DNA of 64,000 nt, from the NCBI GenBank assembly GCA_030765455.1, contig JAVCCM010000101.1, positions 28,794 to 92,793 of the forward strand, read 5' to 3'. The translations under genes and the position numbers were made by a program. Below, piece by piece: positions 1 to 9,642 of this stretch (the first letter of the stretch is position 1; each line of letters starts with the position of its first letter). Below the pieces are notes generated by a model. It was not told the origin of the DNA and did not search any database. It saw only the letters and a list, made by a program, of their open reading frames with translations. This DNA comes from Candidatus Electryonea clarkiae (GTDB taxonomy: Bacteria > Electryoneota > Electryoneia > Electryoneales > Electryoneaceae).

Positions 1-1417
1 CACTCATATCCAGTACTACCTTATCCGCCTTAATATCCTGGAGACGGGATAAAAGTCTCTTTTGAGTATTAAGTACTTCAAATTTTAATTTGTTCTCGAG
101 AAGCATTAAGCCGATTCGATACCGTACTCTTGAATTTGTTGTTACCATGACAGTTAACGGTGAAGCTTCTACATATTCAATATCCCCGGCATCTTTTACG
201 ATACCCAGCGCCCAATCCAGCCTGATTTGTGTTTTGTTATCCCAATCATTACGACAAATAATGTCAAAAGCACCAAAATCAAGCAAGTCCCGCTGGTTAT
301 TTTCCTCAGATGATTGGTCGTCACTATCGGTTTGTTTGACCTCTTCCATAAAGGTTTTATATGGATCATCGGCAATCCAGATACGTGGGATATTACGAAT
401 TTTCGATTGAGAACGCAGAGTGCGTTCCACCTCAAGCGCTCCCTTTTCCCAATAATCAGCATCCCCGACTACCAGGTCGCACCTTTTTCCGGCAATCTTC
501 TCCAAAACCTCGCTTGACTGGTCTGTGGAAATAATCTCAACTATTCCTTTTTCTTTCAGGTGTTCAGTCCACTCCTCATCTTCGCCTAAGAAAAAGATAT
601 GCGGTTCAAAGGCTTCGGCATGGATGTCATGAGATTCGCTCCGGTACCCGACTGGCGCTTCTCTCTTTTTTTTACTGCGAGATGAAAGTCCACAATCTAT
701 CTTCCAGATTTCTTCAATGATCTTTACAATCATTGTCCTGGCTACACTATCTATCTTTTCAATCTTTACAACGTATTCAGGCGAAGTGAAACGATACATT
801 TGGAGCTGGACGGGAATCTTCGTATCGTCATCCTCTAGTGTTATCGAAGCCTTTGGAATTGCTATGCCATCTGCCCCGATTTTCAGATCAAGCTTTTCCC
901 GAAAAAATATCTGGTTTATACTTGCATGTTCCGGAGTGATTTTTATCCACTCTCCCATAATAAAAAGAGAAAGTTTGATTCCGGAATTATCAGAAAGTTC
1001 AGCGATATACTCCGCAGAATCAACTTCCAGGTCAACAATATCCGATAGCAAGACAGCTTCATATTTACCATGTCTGGCAGTTCCAGCAAGAATCGCACGA
1101 AACGTAGTCGTCACCTGCATTCCGGCATCCATGTATATCAGGTTAGCATGGAACTGTACGACTTCCGAATTCGGATCAAAGTCAGGCAATGGCAGCAGGC
1201 GGTCAACAATCAGGTTAATACCTTCACCTTCACTTCTTACATCCAGTACCTGGGTAATAAAAGTATCTTCGCCACCTCTTACCAGAGTGAGACGCCCCTG
1301 TTGTAATAAGGGATTTTTGAACCACCTTATCCAATCGGCTGGAGAAGATTTGGTTGAAATATTATAGGGGGAGGGAATACTATCCTCTGAACCAGGGGAT
1401 TTGTTTCGATCTGCCAC
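1..1417 (-). CDS. Hypothetical signalling protein, truncated at the window edge: YcgR/PilZN-like N-terminal region plus two degenerate receiver (REC)-like domains
   Basis: Not in the ORF track. Manual translation from GTG at 1417 (VADRNKSPGSED...) stays open to the window edge. Segments CDLVVGDADYWEKGALEVERTLRSQSKIRNIPRIWIA and LTVMVTTNSRVRYRIGLMLLENKLKFEVLNTQKRLLSRLQDIKADKVVLDMS follow the REC pattern. Confidence 0.7.
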   Translation of the reverse strand, partial: MADRNKSPGSEDSIPSPYNISTKSSPADWIRWFKNPLLQQGRLTLVRGGEDTFITQVLDVRSEGEGINLIVDRLLPLPDFDPNSEVVQFHANLIYMDAGMQVTTTFRAILAGTARHGKYEAVLLSDIVDLEVDSAEYIAELSDNSGIKLSLFIMGEWIKITPEHASINQIFFREKLDLKIGADGIAIPKASITLEDDDTKIPVQLQMYRFTSPEYVVKIEKIDSVARTMIVKIIEEIWKIDCGLSSRSKKKREAPVGYRSESHDIHAEAFEPHIFFLGEDEEWTEHLKEKGIVEIISTDQSSEVLEKIAGKRCDLVVGDADYWEKGALEVERTLRSQSKIRNIPRIWIADDPYKTFMEEVKQTDSDDQSSEENNQRDLLDFGAFDIICRNDWDNKTQIRLDWALGIVKDAGDIEYVEASPLTVMVTTNSRVRYRIGLMLLENKLKFEVLNTQKRLLSRLQDIKADKVVLDMS

Positions 1418-1476
1418 TGGTGAATCGCTCTAATAGTAATGATTAAATGTAAACAGTTCAGGAAACAGAAAGAAGA

Positions 1477-1647
1477 TTATACGCGAACGTCGATAAGTGC
1501 AGAGTCATCAGTAGGCGGTCCTTTGCGCTCTTCCCCGTTCTCTTCTTCCTCTTCCTTTTTCTTCCGCTTGTATTCCTCGCCTTGATGCGGATTCTTGTAA
1601 GGATTATCCCGTCGTGTCACAGGCGGGACTCCAGATGTGTCGTCCAT
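1477..1647 (-). CDS. Small highly charged hypothetical protein (56 aa)
   Basis: GGAG RBS upstream of ATG at 1647; co-directional with the downstream gene; K/E-rich, ends LIDVRV. Confidence 0.55.
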   Translation of the reverse strand: MDDTSGVPPVTRRDNPYKNPHQGEEYKRKKKEEEEENGEERKGPPTDDSALIDVRV

Positions 1648-1928
1648 AATTAGCTCCAATGTTAGATATTTTGGAAAACGAATTCATCCGACATTGTCAA
1701 AACAACTTACAACAATTAATATTCCATTTCCAATAGCTTGGCATTCAATATTTTGTTTTTTTATATTTTTTCTGTCTTCTAAGGATGGACTACAATAGAA
1801 TCATATCAACTGAAAACATTTTATATTCAAATATATATATGTATCTTTGACCTCGGATTCTTTTCACACGCATAGCATCATGGGAAAAAGTGAATCAGGA
1901 AACAAATATGTATTAAGGAGAATTTATA

Positions 1929-3365
1929 ATGTTGAAAGAAACATATCCCTACTACCTGGCAAATGAACCACGTCAACCGAATAGCGACCTTGAAGTTAAA
2001 AACAAGTATTCGGGAGAAGTGGCAACTCGTGTAGCGGTAGCAGACTCTGAAGCGATAGATGAAGCAATAGGATGGGCTGTAGAAGCGGCGGAGCCGATGA
2101 GGAAAATGCCATCGTTTAAACGCGCTGAAGTGCTTCATCATTGTGTCAAACGTTTTGAAGAACGATTCGAGGAACTCGCTTATTCACTCTGCATTGAAGC
2201 AGGAAAACCGATACGTGATTCACGTGGAGAAGTCTCCCGGTTAATTGATACTTTCCGGATCGCTGCTGAGGAAACGGTTCGTTTTGGTGGCGAGTATCTA
2301 CCTCTTGACATATCGCCCCGTGCTGAAGGTTATGAATCAATATACAAGAGAGTGCCGGTCGGTCCATGCTCTTTCATCAGTCCTTTCAATTTCCCCTTGA
2401 ATCTTACAGCTCATAAAATGGCACCTGCATTAGCTGTGGGTTGTCCATTTGTTCTGAAACCCGCTTCTTACACCCCGGTTGGAGCGTTAATAATTGCCGA
2501 AATCTTAGCTGAAACCGATTTGCCGAAGGGAGCTTTCAGTGTTCTGCCCGTTCGGAGGGAAGGCGCTGATCTGTTCACAGTCGATGAACGTTTGAAACTG
2601 CTCTCATTTACCGGATCAAGAGAGGTCGGCTGGTCTTTGAAAGCGAAAGCGGGCAAGAAAAAAGTTGTGCTCGAACTTGGCGGAAACGCAGGGTGTATTG
2701 TCGATCAGGGCACAGACCTTGAATATGCCGCCGACAGGATCACCTTCGGAGCGTTCTATCAATCGGGGCAATCATGTATCAGTGTTCAGCGGGTATTCAT
2801 CCATGAATCATTATATGAACGGTTGATTCCGATGCTGATTGAACGCGCCGGTTCATGGAAAACAGGCGATCCGACAGATGAATCCACCACCCTGGGACCT
2901 ATTATCAGTGAAGGTGATGCGATTAGAATAGAAGAATGGATCAGCGAAGCGGTTGATCATGGCGCTAATATCCTCTGCGGCGCAAAACGAAATGGTATTT
3001 TTGTTGATGCCACATTACTTGAAAATGTCGATCCCAGGGATAAAGTATCCTGCCGGGAAGTATTCGGGCCGGTTGCAATAGTAAAACCCTTCAGTGATTT
3101 CAAACAGGCAGTAGCAGAAGTTAACGACAGCAGGTACGGGTTACAGGCTGGAGTCTTTACAAAAAATATTGATCACGCTTTTTATGCCTGGAATGAACTG
3201 GAGGTAGGAGGAGTGGTAATCAACGACATCCCCTCTATGCGGGTGGACAGCATGCCTTACGGTGGAGTCAAAGATTCCGGGCTGGGACGGGAAGGGATTA
3301 TTTTCTCCATGGAGGATATGACTGAAATCCGGTTGCTGGTATTGAATCGGATCGGCAAAATTTAA
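1929..3365 (+). CDS. Aldehyde dehydrogenase family protein
   Basis: PFNFP, FTGS, LELGGN (catalytic Glu), GQSCIS (catalytic Cys) and EVFGPV motifs; AAGGAG RBS. Confidence 0.95.
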   Translation: MLKETYPYYLANEPRQPNSDLEVKNKYSGEVATRVAVADSEAIDEAIGWAVEAAEPMRKMPSFKRAEVLHHCVKRFEERFEELAYSLCIEAGKPIRDSRGEVSRLIDTFRIAAEETVRFGGEYLPLDISPRAEGYESIYKRVPVGPCSFISPFNFPLNLTAHKMAPALAVGCPFVLKPASYTPVGALIIAEILAETDLPKGAFSVLPVRREGADLFTVDERLKLLSFTGSREVGWSLKAKAGKKKVVLELGGNAGCIVDQGTDLEYAADRITFGAFYQSGQSCISVQRVFIHESLYERLIPMLIERAGSWKTGDPTDESTTLGPIISEGDAIRIEEWISEAVDHGANILCGAKRNGIFVDATLLENVDPRDKVSCREVFGPVAIVKPFSDFKQAVAEVNDSRYGLQAGVFTKNIDHAFYAWNELEVGGVVINDIPSMRVDSMPYGGVKDSGLGREGIIFSMEDMTEIRLLVLNRIGKI

Positions 3366-3413
3366 TTTCAGACATCATGAAAGCAAGATTTCGGGAAAGG
3401 AGTCAAATAGGTA

Positions 3414-3671
3414 TCATTTTTTAATCATGGATATCACCAGTAAAACCATTGAAGAAACAATGATTACAATAACAATTGTTGACCTGATCATCATAGTCTG
3501 TAGATCTAAAAAGAACATCAGTATTCCGGAAACGATAAATCCAAGACCTGCGATACGGCCTATCGTAGGATGAAGCGTCAACGTATATCTTCCATTCGGG
3601 ATATAGCCATAAAAAAATATCAGAATGCCAATGCCGATCAACGTACATCTAATAAAGGTAGCGCTTAACAT
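3414..3671 (-). CDS. Small hypothetical membrane protein (about 3 TM)
   Basis: Hydrophobic 85-aa ORF with an AAAGGA RBS, downstream of dapB. Confidence 0.55.
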   Translation of the reverse strand: MLSATFIRCTLIGIGILIFFYGYIPNGRYTLTLHPTIGRIAGLGFIVSGILMFFLDLQTMMIRSTIVIVIIVSSMVLLVISMIKK

Positions 3672-3726
3672 GTTGATTTCCTTTCAATTCTTTTTAATCA
3701 ACATATATTATCATAAACCCGTTAAT

Positions 3727-4428
3727 TCAAAGCATTAAAACATCAGTCATCGAATAACTTCCCGACTTTTTCCCAGCAAGGAACCTGACCGCAGGGGCAA
3801 CTCCCCTTGCGAATGCCATGCGTGATCTTGCACGGTGTATCAACTCGATTTCCTCACCATCGGAAGCGAAAATCACATGATGTTCACCGACAACTTCACC
3901 GAGACGTAAACTTGAGGTCTGAACAGGACCTTTGACTTCTTCGATAAGTTCTGATAATCGTTTTGCCGTACCTGAGGGAGCGTCGATTTTATGACGATGG
4001 TGAGTCTCTGAAACTGCTACGTCATAACCATCTGACAGGATTTTACGGATTTTAGGAGCAAGATCGAAAAGAAGGTTAACCCCGATAGAAAGGTTGGGGG
4101 CGATAATATGTGCAACTTTCAGGTTTTCAAGATATGTGGTCTGTTCTTCATTAAAACCGGTAGCGCCGATGAGAATAGGTATTCCGGCTCTTTCGGCTCT
4201 TTCAGCATGTTCGATTGCGGCGTCAGCCAGGGAAACATCCACCCAGACGTTAGCGCTGAAATCCTTGTCTGGAATATCACCTGTAAGTTCTACAGATCCA
4301 ATTTTTTCGCCATCATGTTCAAATATGTCAACTGCCCATGCGACATTGATATCATCTTCAGTTTCGAGCGCTGCCAGGATCTCCTGACCCATCCGTCCGC
4401 CTGCGCCGAATATAGTTGTAGTAACCAT
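3727..4428 (-). CDS. dapB: 4-hydroxy-tetrahydrodipicolinate reductase
   Basis: GAGGRMG, GATG, APNLSIG and ETHHRHKIDAPSGTA motifs. Start moved to ATG 4428 (MVTTTIFG) because the track's N-terminal extension runs through a REP. Confidence 0.93.
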   Translation of the reverse strand: MVTTTIFGAGGRMGQEILAALETEDDINVAWAVDIFEHDGEKIGSVELTGDIPDKDFSANVWVDVSLADAAIEHAERAERAGIPILIGATGFNEEQTTYLENLKVAHIIAPNLSIGVNLLFDLAPKIRKILSDGYDVAVSETHHRHKIDAPSGTAKRLSELIEEVKGPVQTSSLRLGEVVGEHHVIFASDGEEIELIHRARSRMAFARGVAPAVRFLAGKKSGSYSMTDVLML

Positions 4429-4490
4429 TTTGGTACTCTCGTTGATTTGGAGAATTTTCAATCTATGCAATTGCTGAATATATGTTTGCA

Positions 4491-4547
4491 TGTAGGGGCA
4501 TGATTTATCAGCCCGCAAATTCCGGGCGCATGAATGCTGCCCCTACA
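4491..4547. repeat. GTAG-type REP-like inverted repeat
   Basis: TGTAGGGGCA...TGCCCCTACA arms between dapA and dapB; related to 19374-19439. Confidence 0.7.
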
Positions 4548-4564
4548 ATGAATAAGCTATACAG

Positions 4565-5455
4565 CTAATTTTTGATTAGTTTCAAACGTAGTAGTTCTTG
4601 TTTTACTGCATCCTGGGATTCAAATCTCATTGGTGCCAAAGGAGGTCTGACATTTCCTCCGGGCAAACCCATCAATTTTAGTGCATACTTAACAGGAGCA
4701 GGACTGGTTTCGATAAAGATGGCTTTTACAAGGCGATCCAATCTTCGGTGAAGATCGTAAGCGTCCGCACTGTACCCTTCCATCTTTGCCTTCCATTGTT
4801 CCACTACAAGCTCTGGAACAAGATTGGATAGCACACTGACCGTTCCCACTCCCCCGACATCCCAGATCGGCAGGTTCAATCCATCCTCGCCGGAAAAGAG
4901 AACCGCATTTCCTACGATCAGCTTGACAATTTCCCAGACCTGGGCAAGACTTCCCGATGCTTCCTTGACAGCAGCTATCGTCGGCAAGTCCATCAGGCGT
5001 TCAAGTGTTGCGGGTGTAAGGTTAAGAGCGGTTCGTCCCGGAACGTTATAGACCATTATCGGTACGTCCGGAGCAGCCTCGACTATTGCAACAAAATGAC
5101 GCACAATACCGTCTTCCGTAGGTTTGTTATAGTAAGGAGTGATCACCAGGGCGCCGTCAGCCCCAAGCTCGCCCACACGTTTTGTTCTTTCAGCGCTTAC
5201 AGTGGTATTATTAGTCCCGCTTCCAGCGATGATCGTTGCTTTACCCTTTGCCTCAGCGACTGTTATCTCTATTACACGTTCCCATTCCGCCTGGTTCAAT
5301 GCAGGAGATTCACCTGTCGTGCCGCATGGTACGAGACCATGAATGCCGGCATCAAGCTGCCGTTGAATTAATGATCGCAGTCCATCCTCATCCAGCGAAT
5401 CGTCTTCGTTGAATGGAGTAACGAGTGCTGTAAAAACACCTTTCCAGTCTGTCAT
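4565..5455 (-). CDS. dapA: 4-hydroxy-tetrahydrodipicolinate synthase
   Basis: GTTGES, PYYNKP, YNVPGRT and KEASG motifs; adjacent to dapB. Confidence 0.95.
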   Translation of the reverse strand: MTDWKGVFTALVTPFNEDDSLDEDGLRSLIQRQLDAGIHGLVPCGTTGESPALNQAEWERVIEITVAEAKGKATIIAGSGTNNTTVSAERTKRVGELGADGALVITPYYNKPTEDGIVRHFVAIVEAAPDVPIMVYNVPGRTALNLTPATLERLMDLPTIAAVKEASGSLAQVWEIVKLIVGNAVLFSGEDGLNLPIWDVGGVGTVSVLSNLVPELVVEQWKAKMEGYSADAYDLHRRLDRLVKAIFIETSPAPVKYALKLMGLPGGNVRPPLAPMRFESQDAVKQELLRLKLIKN

Positions 5456-5480
5456 CAGTCAATCCTGTTTATTGATTGTT

Positions 5481-5562
5481 GATAGTTCCGTCAGTTCTTT
5501 AGCGAAGCGGTGAACTGACGGAACTATCTGTCAGGTCACCACTGCGTTCAAGACCTGACAGA
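5481..5562. repeat. Two adjacent long hairpins downstream of glnA (terminator/stabiliser or REP-like)
   Basis: GATAGTTCCGTCAGTTC...GAACTGACGGAACTATC and TCTGTCAGGTC...GACCTGACAGA. Confidence 0.6.
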
Positions 5563-5579
5563 ACTTCAGAGTTTATATT

Positions 5580-6995
5580 TTAAATATCGTAATAAAGTTC
5601 AAACTCCCAGGGGTGAGGTCTTTGCCTGAGCGCATTAACTTCTTTCTCGCGTTTGTACCATATCCAGGTATCCACAACATCCTCAGTGAAAACATTTCCC
5701 TTGTAAAGGAAATCCTGGTCAGCTTCAAGAGCATCAAGGGAGTTGGCAAGTGTCGGGGGAGTTTCCGGTACTTCAGCTAATTCTTCCGGTTCCAGGTCAT
5801 ACATATTCTTATCTAATGGATCACCGGGATGAATTTTGTTCTGGATTCCGTCGAGCCCTGCCATCAGCAATGCGCTGAAAGCGATATAGGGATTACACGA
5901 CGAATCAGGTACCCGGAACTCGATACGTTTCGCCTTTGGATTCGGATCATACATTGGTATCCGGATTGCTGCAGAACGGTTACGTTGACTGTATGCAAGC
6001 CGGGTGGGAGCCTCATAGCCGGGGATAAGACGCTTGTAACTATTAGTCGTAGGATTAGCAAAAGCGCAGAGCGCCGGAGCGTGTTTTAATATGCCGCCTG
6101 CAAAATAAAGCGCCATTTCCGATAGTCCGGCATAACGGTCACCCGCGAATAGTGGTACGCCGGCTTTCCAAAGGCTCATATGTGTATGCATCCCGCTACC
6201 GTTATCCATAAATATTGGTTTTGGCATAAAAGTAGCAGTTTTATTATGCTGGAACGACACGTTCTTAACTACATACTTGAATAGCTGCAATTGATCGGCA
6301 ATTTTCAGCATTGAGTTGAAGCGCATGTCGATTTCGCCCTGCCCGCCGGTTCCTACTTCATGATGGTGCGCTTCTATAGTAATTCCCATGGACTCAAGGA
6401 TTACTGACATTTCACTGCGGATATCCTGCTGAGAATCCTGGGGTGGGACTGGAAAGTAGCCTTCTTTGTAGCGTGGTTTGTAACCAAGATTCGGATTTTC
6501 TTCCCGTCCACTGTTCCAGTGCCCTTCTTTCGAATCTATATGAAAATATCCTTCATGTTCATTTTGCGAGTAACGAATGTCATCAAAAATGTAAAACTCT
6601 GCCTCAGCTCCGAAATATGCTGTATCGGCAAAACCGAGAGATTTCAAATAATCTTCGGCTTTGCGAGCAAGCGTTCGTGGACATTTGCTATATGGCATCA
6701 TAGTTGTAGGTTCGATTATATCACAGAAAAGAATCAGGGTGGTATGTTTTGCGAAAGGATCTATTACAGCCGTAGAGGCATCAGGGCGGACAAGCATATC
6801 TGATTCGTTAATTTGACGCCAGCCTCGAATTGATGAGCCGTCAAAACCGTAACCTTTTTCAAATGCTTCAGGATTCAACCTGCTAACCGGCACAGAAAAA
6901 TGCTGCCATAAACCCGGAAAATCCATAAAGCGGAGGTCGATCATCTTGACTTCCTTGCTCTTTGTTAATTCGAAAAGGTCGTGTATCATATCCAT
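5580..6995 (-). CDS. glnA: Glutamine synthetase type I (GSI-beta)
   Basis: FDGSSI, HHHEV, ATFMPKP, NGSGMH, RIEFR motifs and the adenylylation-site motif NMYDL. Confidence 0.97.
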   Translation of the reverse strand: MDMIHDLFELTKSKEVKMIDLRFMDFPGLWQHFSVPVSRLNPEAFEKGYGFDGSSIRGWRQINESDMLVRPDASTAVIDPFAKHTTLILFCDIIEPTTMMPYSKCPRTLARKAEDYLKSLGFADTAYFGAEAEFYIFDDIRYSQNEHEGYFHIDSKEGHWNSGREENPNLGYKPRYKEGYFPVPPQDSQQDIRSEMSVILESMGITIEAHHHEVGTGGQGEIDMRFNSMLKIADQLQLFKYVVKNVSFQHNKTATFMPKPIFMDNGSGMHTHMSLWKAGVPLFAGDRYAGLSEMALYFAGGILKHAPALCAFANPTTNSYKRLIPGYEAPTRLAYSQRNRSAAIRIPMYDPNPKAKRIEFRVPDSSCNPYIAFSALLMAGLDGIQNKIHPGDPLDKNMYDLEPEELAEVPETPPTLANSLDALEADQDFLYKGNVFTEDVVDTWIWYKREKEVNALRQRPHPWEFELYYDI

Positions 6996-7159
6996 TGTGT
7001 TTCTCCTAATTTGAAATTTTCTTGCCTTGATGGTATTATGAGTATTATCTAAATAATATACATTTATTTACTTCTGTGGTTTCCAGCAATTCAGGAAAGC
7101 GAAAAGTTATTAACAGGATCTCGTGCAGTCAAATCTAAGTTGCGGTTTTTGCATAATAA

Positions 7160-7525
<366 letters not shown>

Positions 7526-7544
7526 TTAAAAATATAGACTGCCA

Positions 7545-8606
7545 TCAAACTGCGAAACGGACATGCATTATTTCTCCATCCTGAACGATATAATCTTTTC
7601 CTTCGAGACGCAACAGACCTTTGTCACGACATGCAGAAAAAGAACCAAGCTCTATGTAGTCATTTGAGTGCACAATCTCACCCCTGATAAATCCTCTTTC
7701 AAGGTCAGAGTGGATCTCACCCGCCGCATTTACTGCCTTTATCCCGGAGGGCACTGGCCAGGCTCGGACCTCATCGTCTCCAATAGTGAAGAAACTGATC
7801 AGGTTCAATAGTTCGAAACCAGTTTGAATAACTCGTTCTGAGGCTGGACTGTCGATTTTCATTTCTTTCAGGAAATCGTCTCGATCCTCCTCGTCAAGGA
7901 TTGCAATTTCAGATTCCAATTTAGCATTCACAATATCAAAACGCTTTTTTGTTCCGATTAATTTTCCTTCAAGTGCGTCTCTTAGAATTTCGATATCCTG
8001 ATCATCTGCGACATTTATAACGATAAGGTGAGGTTTCAAGGTCAGGAATGCAAAGGTGCGGATTATTTTGTCCTGTTCAGCTTCAAATGCAAGATTACGA
8101 AGGGGGATTTCCGAATTAAGAGAGTCAAGTATCTTTTTCAGGATATCAAGTTCAATTGCATTAGTTTTAAGTCCACGGTTCTGATTAGCATCTATGCGTT
8201 CGATACGATTTTCTGCTATCCCCATATCCGACAGCAGCAATTCATCCTCGATTTCTTTTACCTCCTCGAGGATTGTTTCAACAATACCTTCAATATCATC
8301 CCAGCCAAGATGAAATACACCAATCACGGTCACAAGTAATTGTGACCCTTGTAGATGGTTTATCATTGATCTTTTGAATCCGGTAATTTCCTCCGAATGT
8401 GCAAGACCGGCAATATCAAGGTAATCAACACGTGCTGCAATTTTTTTGGACGAGGGATAAAAAGTGTGAAGAGCATCGAGACGTTTATCCGGCACAAATG
8501 CAATACCCGAATGTGCCTGCTCACCAATGCTTGATTCCATACCTGTTAGGGCTGTATATAGAGTCGATTTCCCACTGCCCTGCCAACCGATTAATGCTAT
8601 TTGCAT
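7545..8606 (-). CDS. ychF: YchF/Obg-family ATPase (DUF933 C-terminus)
   Basis: P-loop GSGKST, DIAGL, FFTIGDDEVRAW, IHSDLERGFIR and EGKDYIVQDG. Confidence 0.88.
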   Translation of the reverse strand: MQIALIGWQGSGKSTLYTALTGMESSIGEQAHSGIAFVPDKRLDALHTFYPSSKKIAARVDYLDIAGLAHSEEITGFKRSMINHLQGSQLLVTVIGVFHLGWDDIEGIVETILEEVKEIEDELLLSDMGIAENRIERIDANQNRGLKTNAIELDILKKILDSLNSEIPLRNLAFEAEQDKIIRTFAFLTLKPHLIVINVADDQDIEILRDALEGKLIGTKKRFDIVNAKLESEIAILDEEDRDDFLKEMKIDSPASERVIQTGFELLNLISFFTIGDDEVRAWPVPSGIKAVNAAGEIHSDLERGFIRGEIVHSNDYIELGSFSACRDKGLLRLEGKDYIVQDGEIMHVRFAV

Positions 8607-8633
8607 AATATCATTTCTGTTAATTAGCGAACT

Positions 8634-9629
8634 TTACTCATCAAAAATTGATGATTGTACCGGTCGAATTTCTCTTTCGGAATATGCCTTATCCAATATG
8701 GTATTCAACGGTTCTTCCCAGGGAGGTTTCGGGAAGGGAAGAGTACCGAGTTTCAATAATTCGTAATTTCCTTTCGGGGCGTTCTCTTCATCGCGCACGA
8801 ACAGGGGGACAGGATTTTCTCGTTTCAATTCTTCTGTAGCTCCTGCCCAGGTGCCGCCACTTTTGTATTCTGCGCTGATAATCAGTCCATACCGGGATAA
8901 CGCATAGATATATTTATTTCTACTCATCGCGTTGCCAACCGTAAAACGAGCTTCAGGATTGAAAGAAGATACCAGCAACAACCGTTGATCGAGTATTGCT
9001 TCACGATATTTACCTGATACTGAAGTTCTTAACAAGCTGTCAGCCATTACTCCAATGGCAACTCCTTCAGCATCTAATGTGCTTTTCATTGAAATCTGAT
9101 CAACTCCCCGCGCTCCGCCTGATATAATTGCAATTCCACGATTTGCGCAATGCTCTCCTACTGCCCTGGTAAAGTCTTCGCCTCGTTTGTCAACGTTACG
9201 GGAACCTACCACAGCCAACCCGTCACAATCAAAAAGTGAACGATCACCAACACCATAAAGAATCGGAGGACTAAGTCTATTCAGATGTTTTCGCAATTTC
9301 CCAGGATAGTTCTTTTCGCTGCGCGTGATGATCCAAATCCCTTTATTCATCCATTTCTCGACAGCGAAAGCCAGCATTGCGCCTCGTATGAGTAAATTCT
9401 CCACTCGTTGAGGATCAATACTCCCCATAATATTTTGTTTTAACAGCTTGCGAACTTCCGTTTCGAGGAGATCGCCTGGACGCATATCATTATCCGCTAA
9501 CCATTTGGCAAGTTTATTATATTCAGCGATACTTAACGGTTTTACCGATTCACGATCTTCACGGCTGCCGAAAATACCGCATAATAATAATGTAGCTTTA
9601 CTGTCATCTGTCAGTTCATAAGTTTGCAT
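8634..9629 (-). CDS. DprA/Smf-like protein (RqlI-like)
   Basis: PPILYGVG, AVVGSR, SGGARGVD, AMSRNKYIY and GGTWAGA; directly downstream of the RecQ-PRTase gene. Confidence 0.85.
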   Translation of the reverse strand: MQTYELTDDSKATLLLCGIFGSREDRESVKPLSIAEYNKLAKWLADNDMRPGDLLETEVRKLLKQNIMGSIDPQRVENLLIRGAMLAFAVEKWMNKGIWIITRSEKNYPGKLRKHLNRLSPPILYGVGDRSLFDCDGLAVVGSRNVDKRGEDFTRAVGEHCANRGIAIISGGARGVDQISMKSTLDAEGVAIGVMADSLLRTSVSGKYREAILDQRLLLVSSFNPEARFTVGNAMSRNKYIYALSRYGLIISAEYKSGGTWAGATEELKRENPVPLFVRDEENAPKGNYELLKLGTLPFPKPPWEEPLNTILDKAYSEREIRPVQSSIFDE

Positions 9630-9642
9630 GAATTCTGCCGTT

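Noticed and set aside
90..1367. ORFs 90-410, 314-517, 717-1367, 1070-1306 (+) and 196-462 (-)
   Set aside because: Shadows of the real minus-strand gene 1-1417.
4429..4518. N-terminal extensions in the ORF track for dapB (also pfkA, rpsP, the TonB receptor, MTase and REase)
   Set aside because: The extensions run through a REP, riboswitch leader, intergenic DNA or the upstream gene; downstream starts match the family N-termini.
6996..7159. Sigma54/NtrC control elements between glnB and glnA
   Set aside because: No TGGC-N-TTGC -24/-12 match on the coding strand; only an AT-rich imperfect palindrome.
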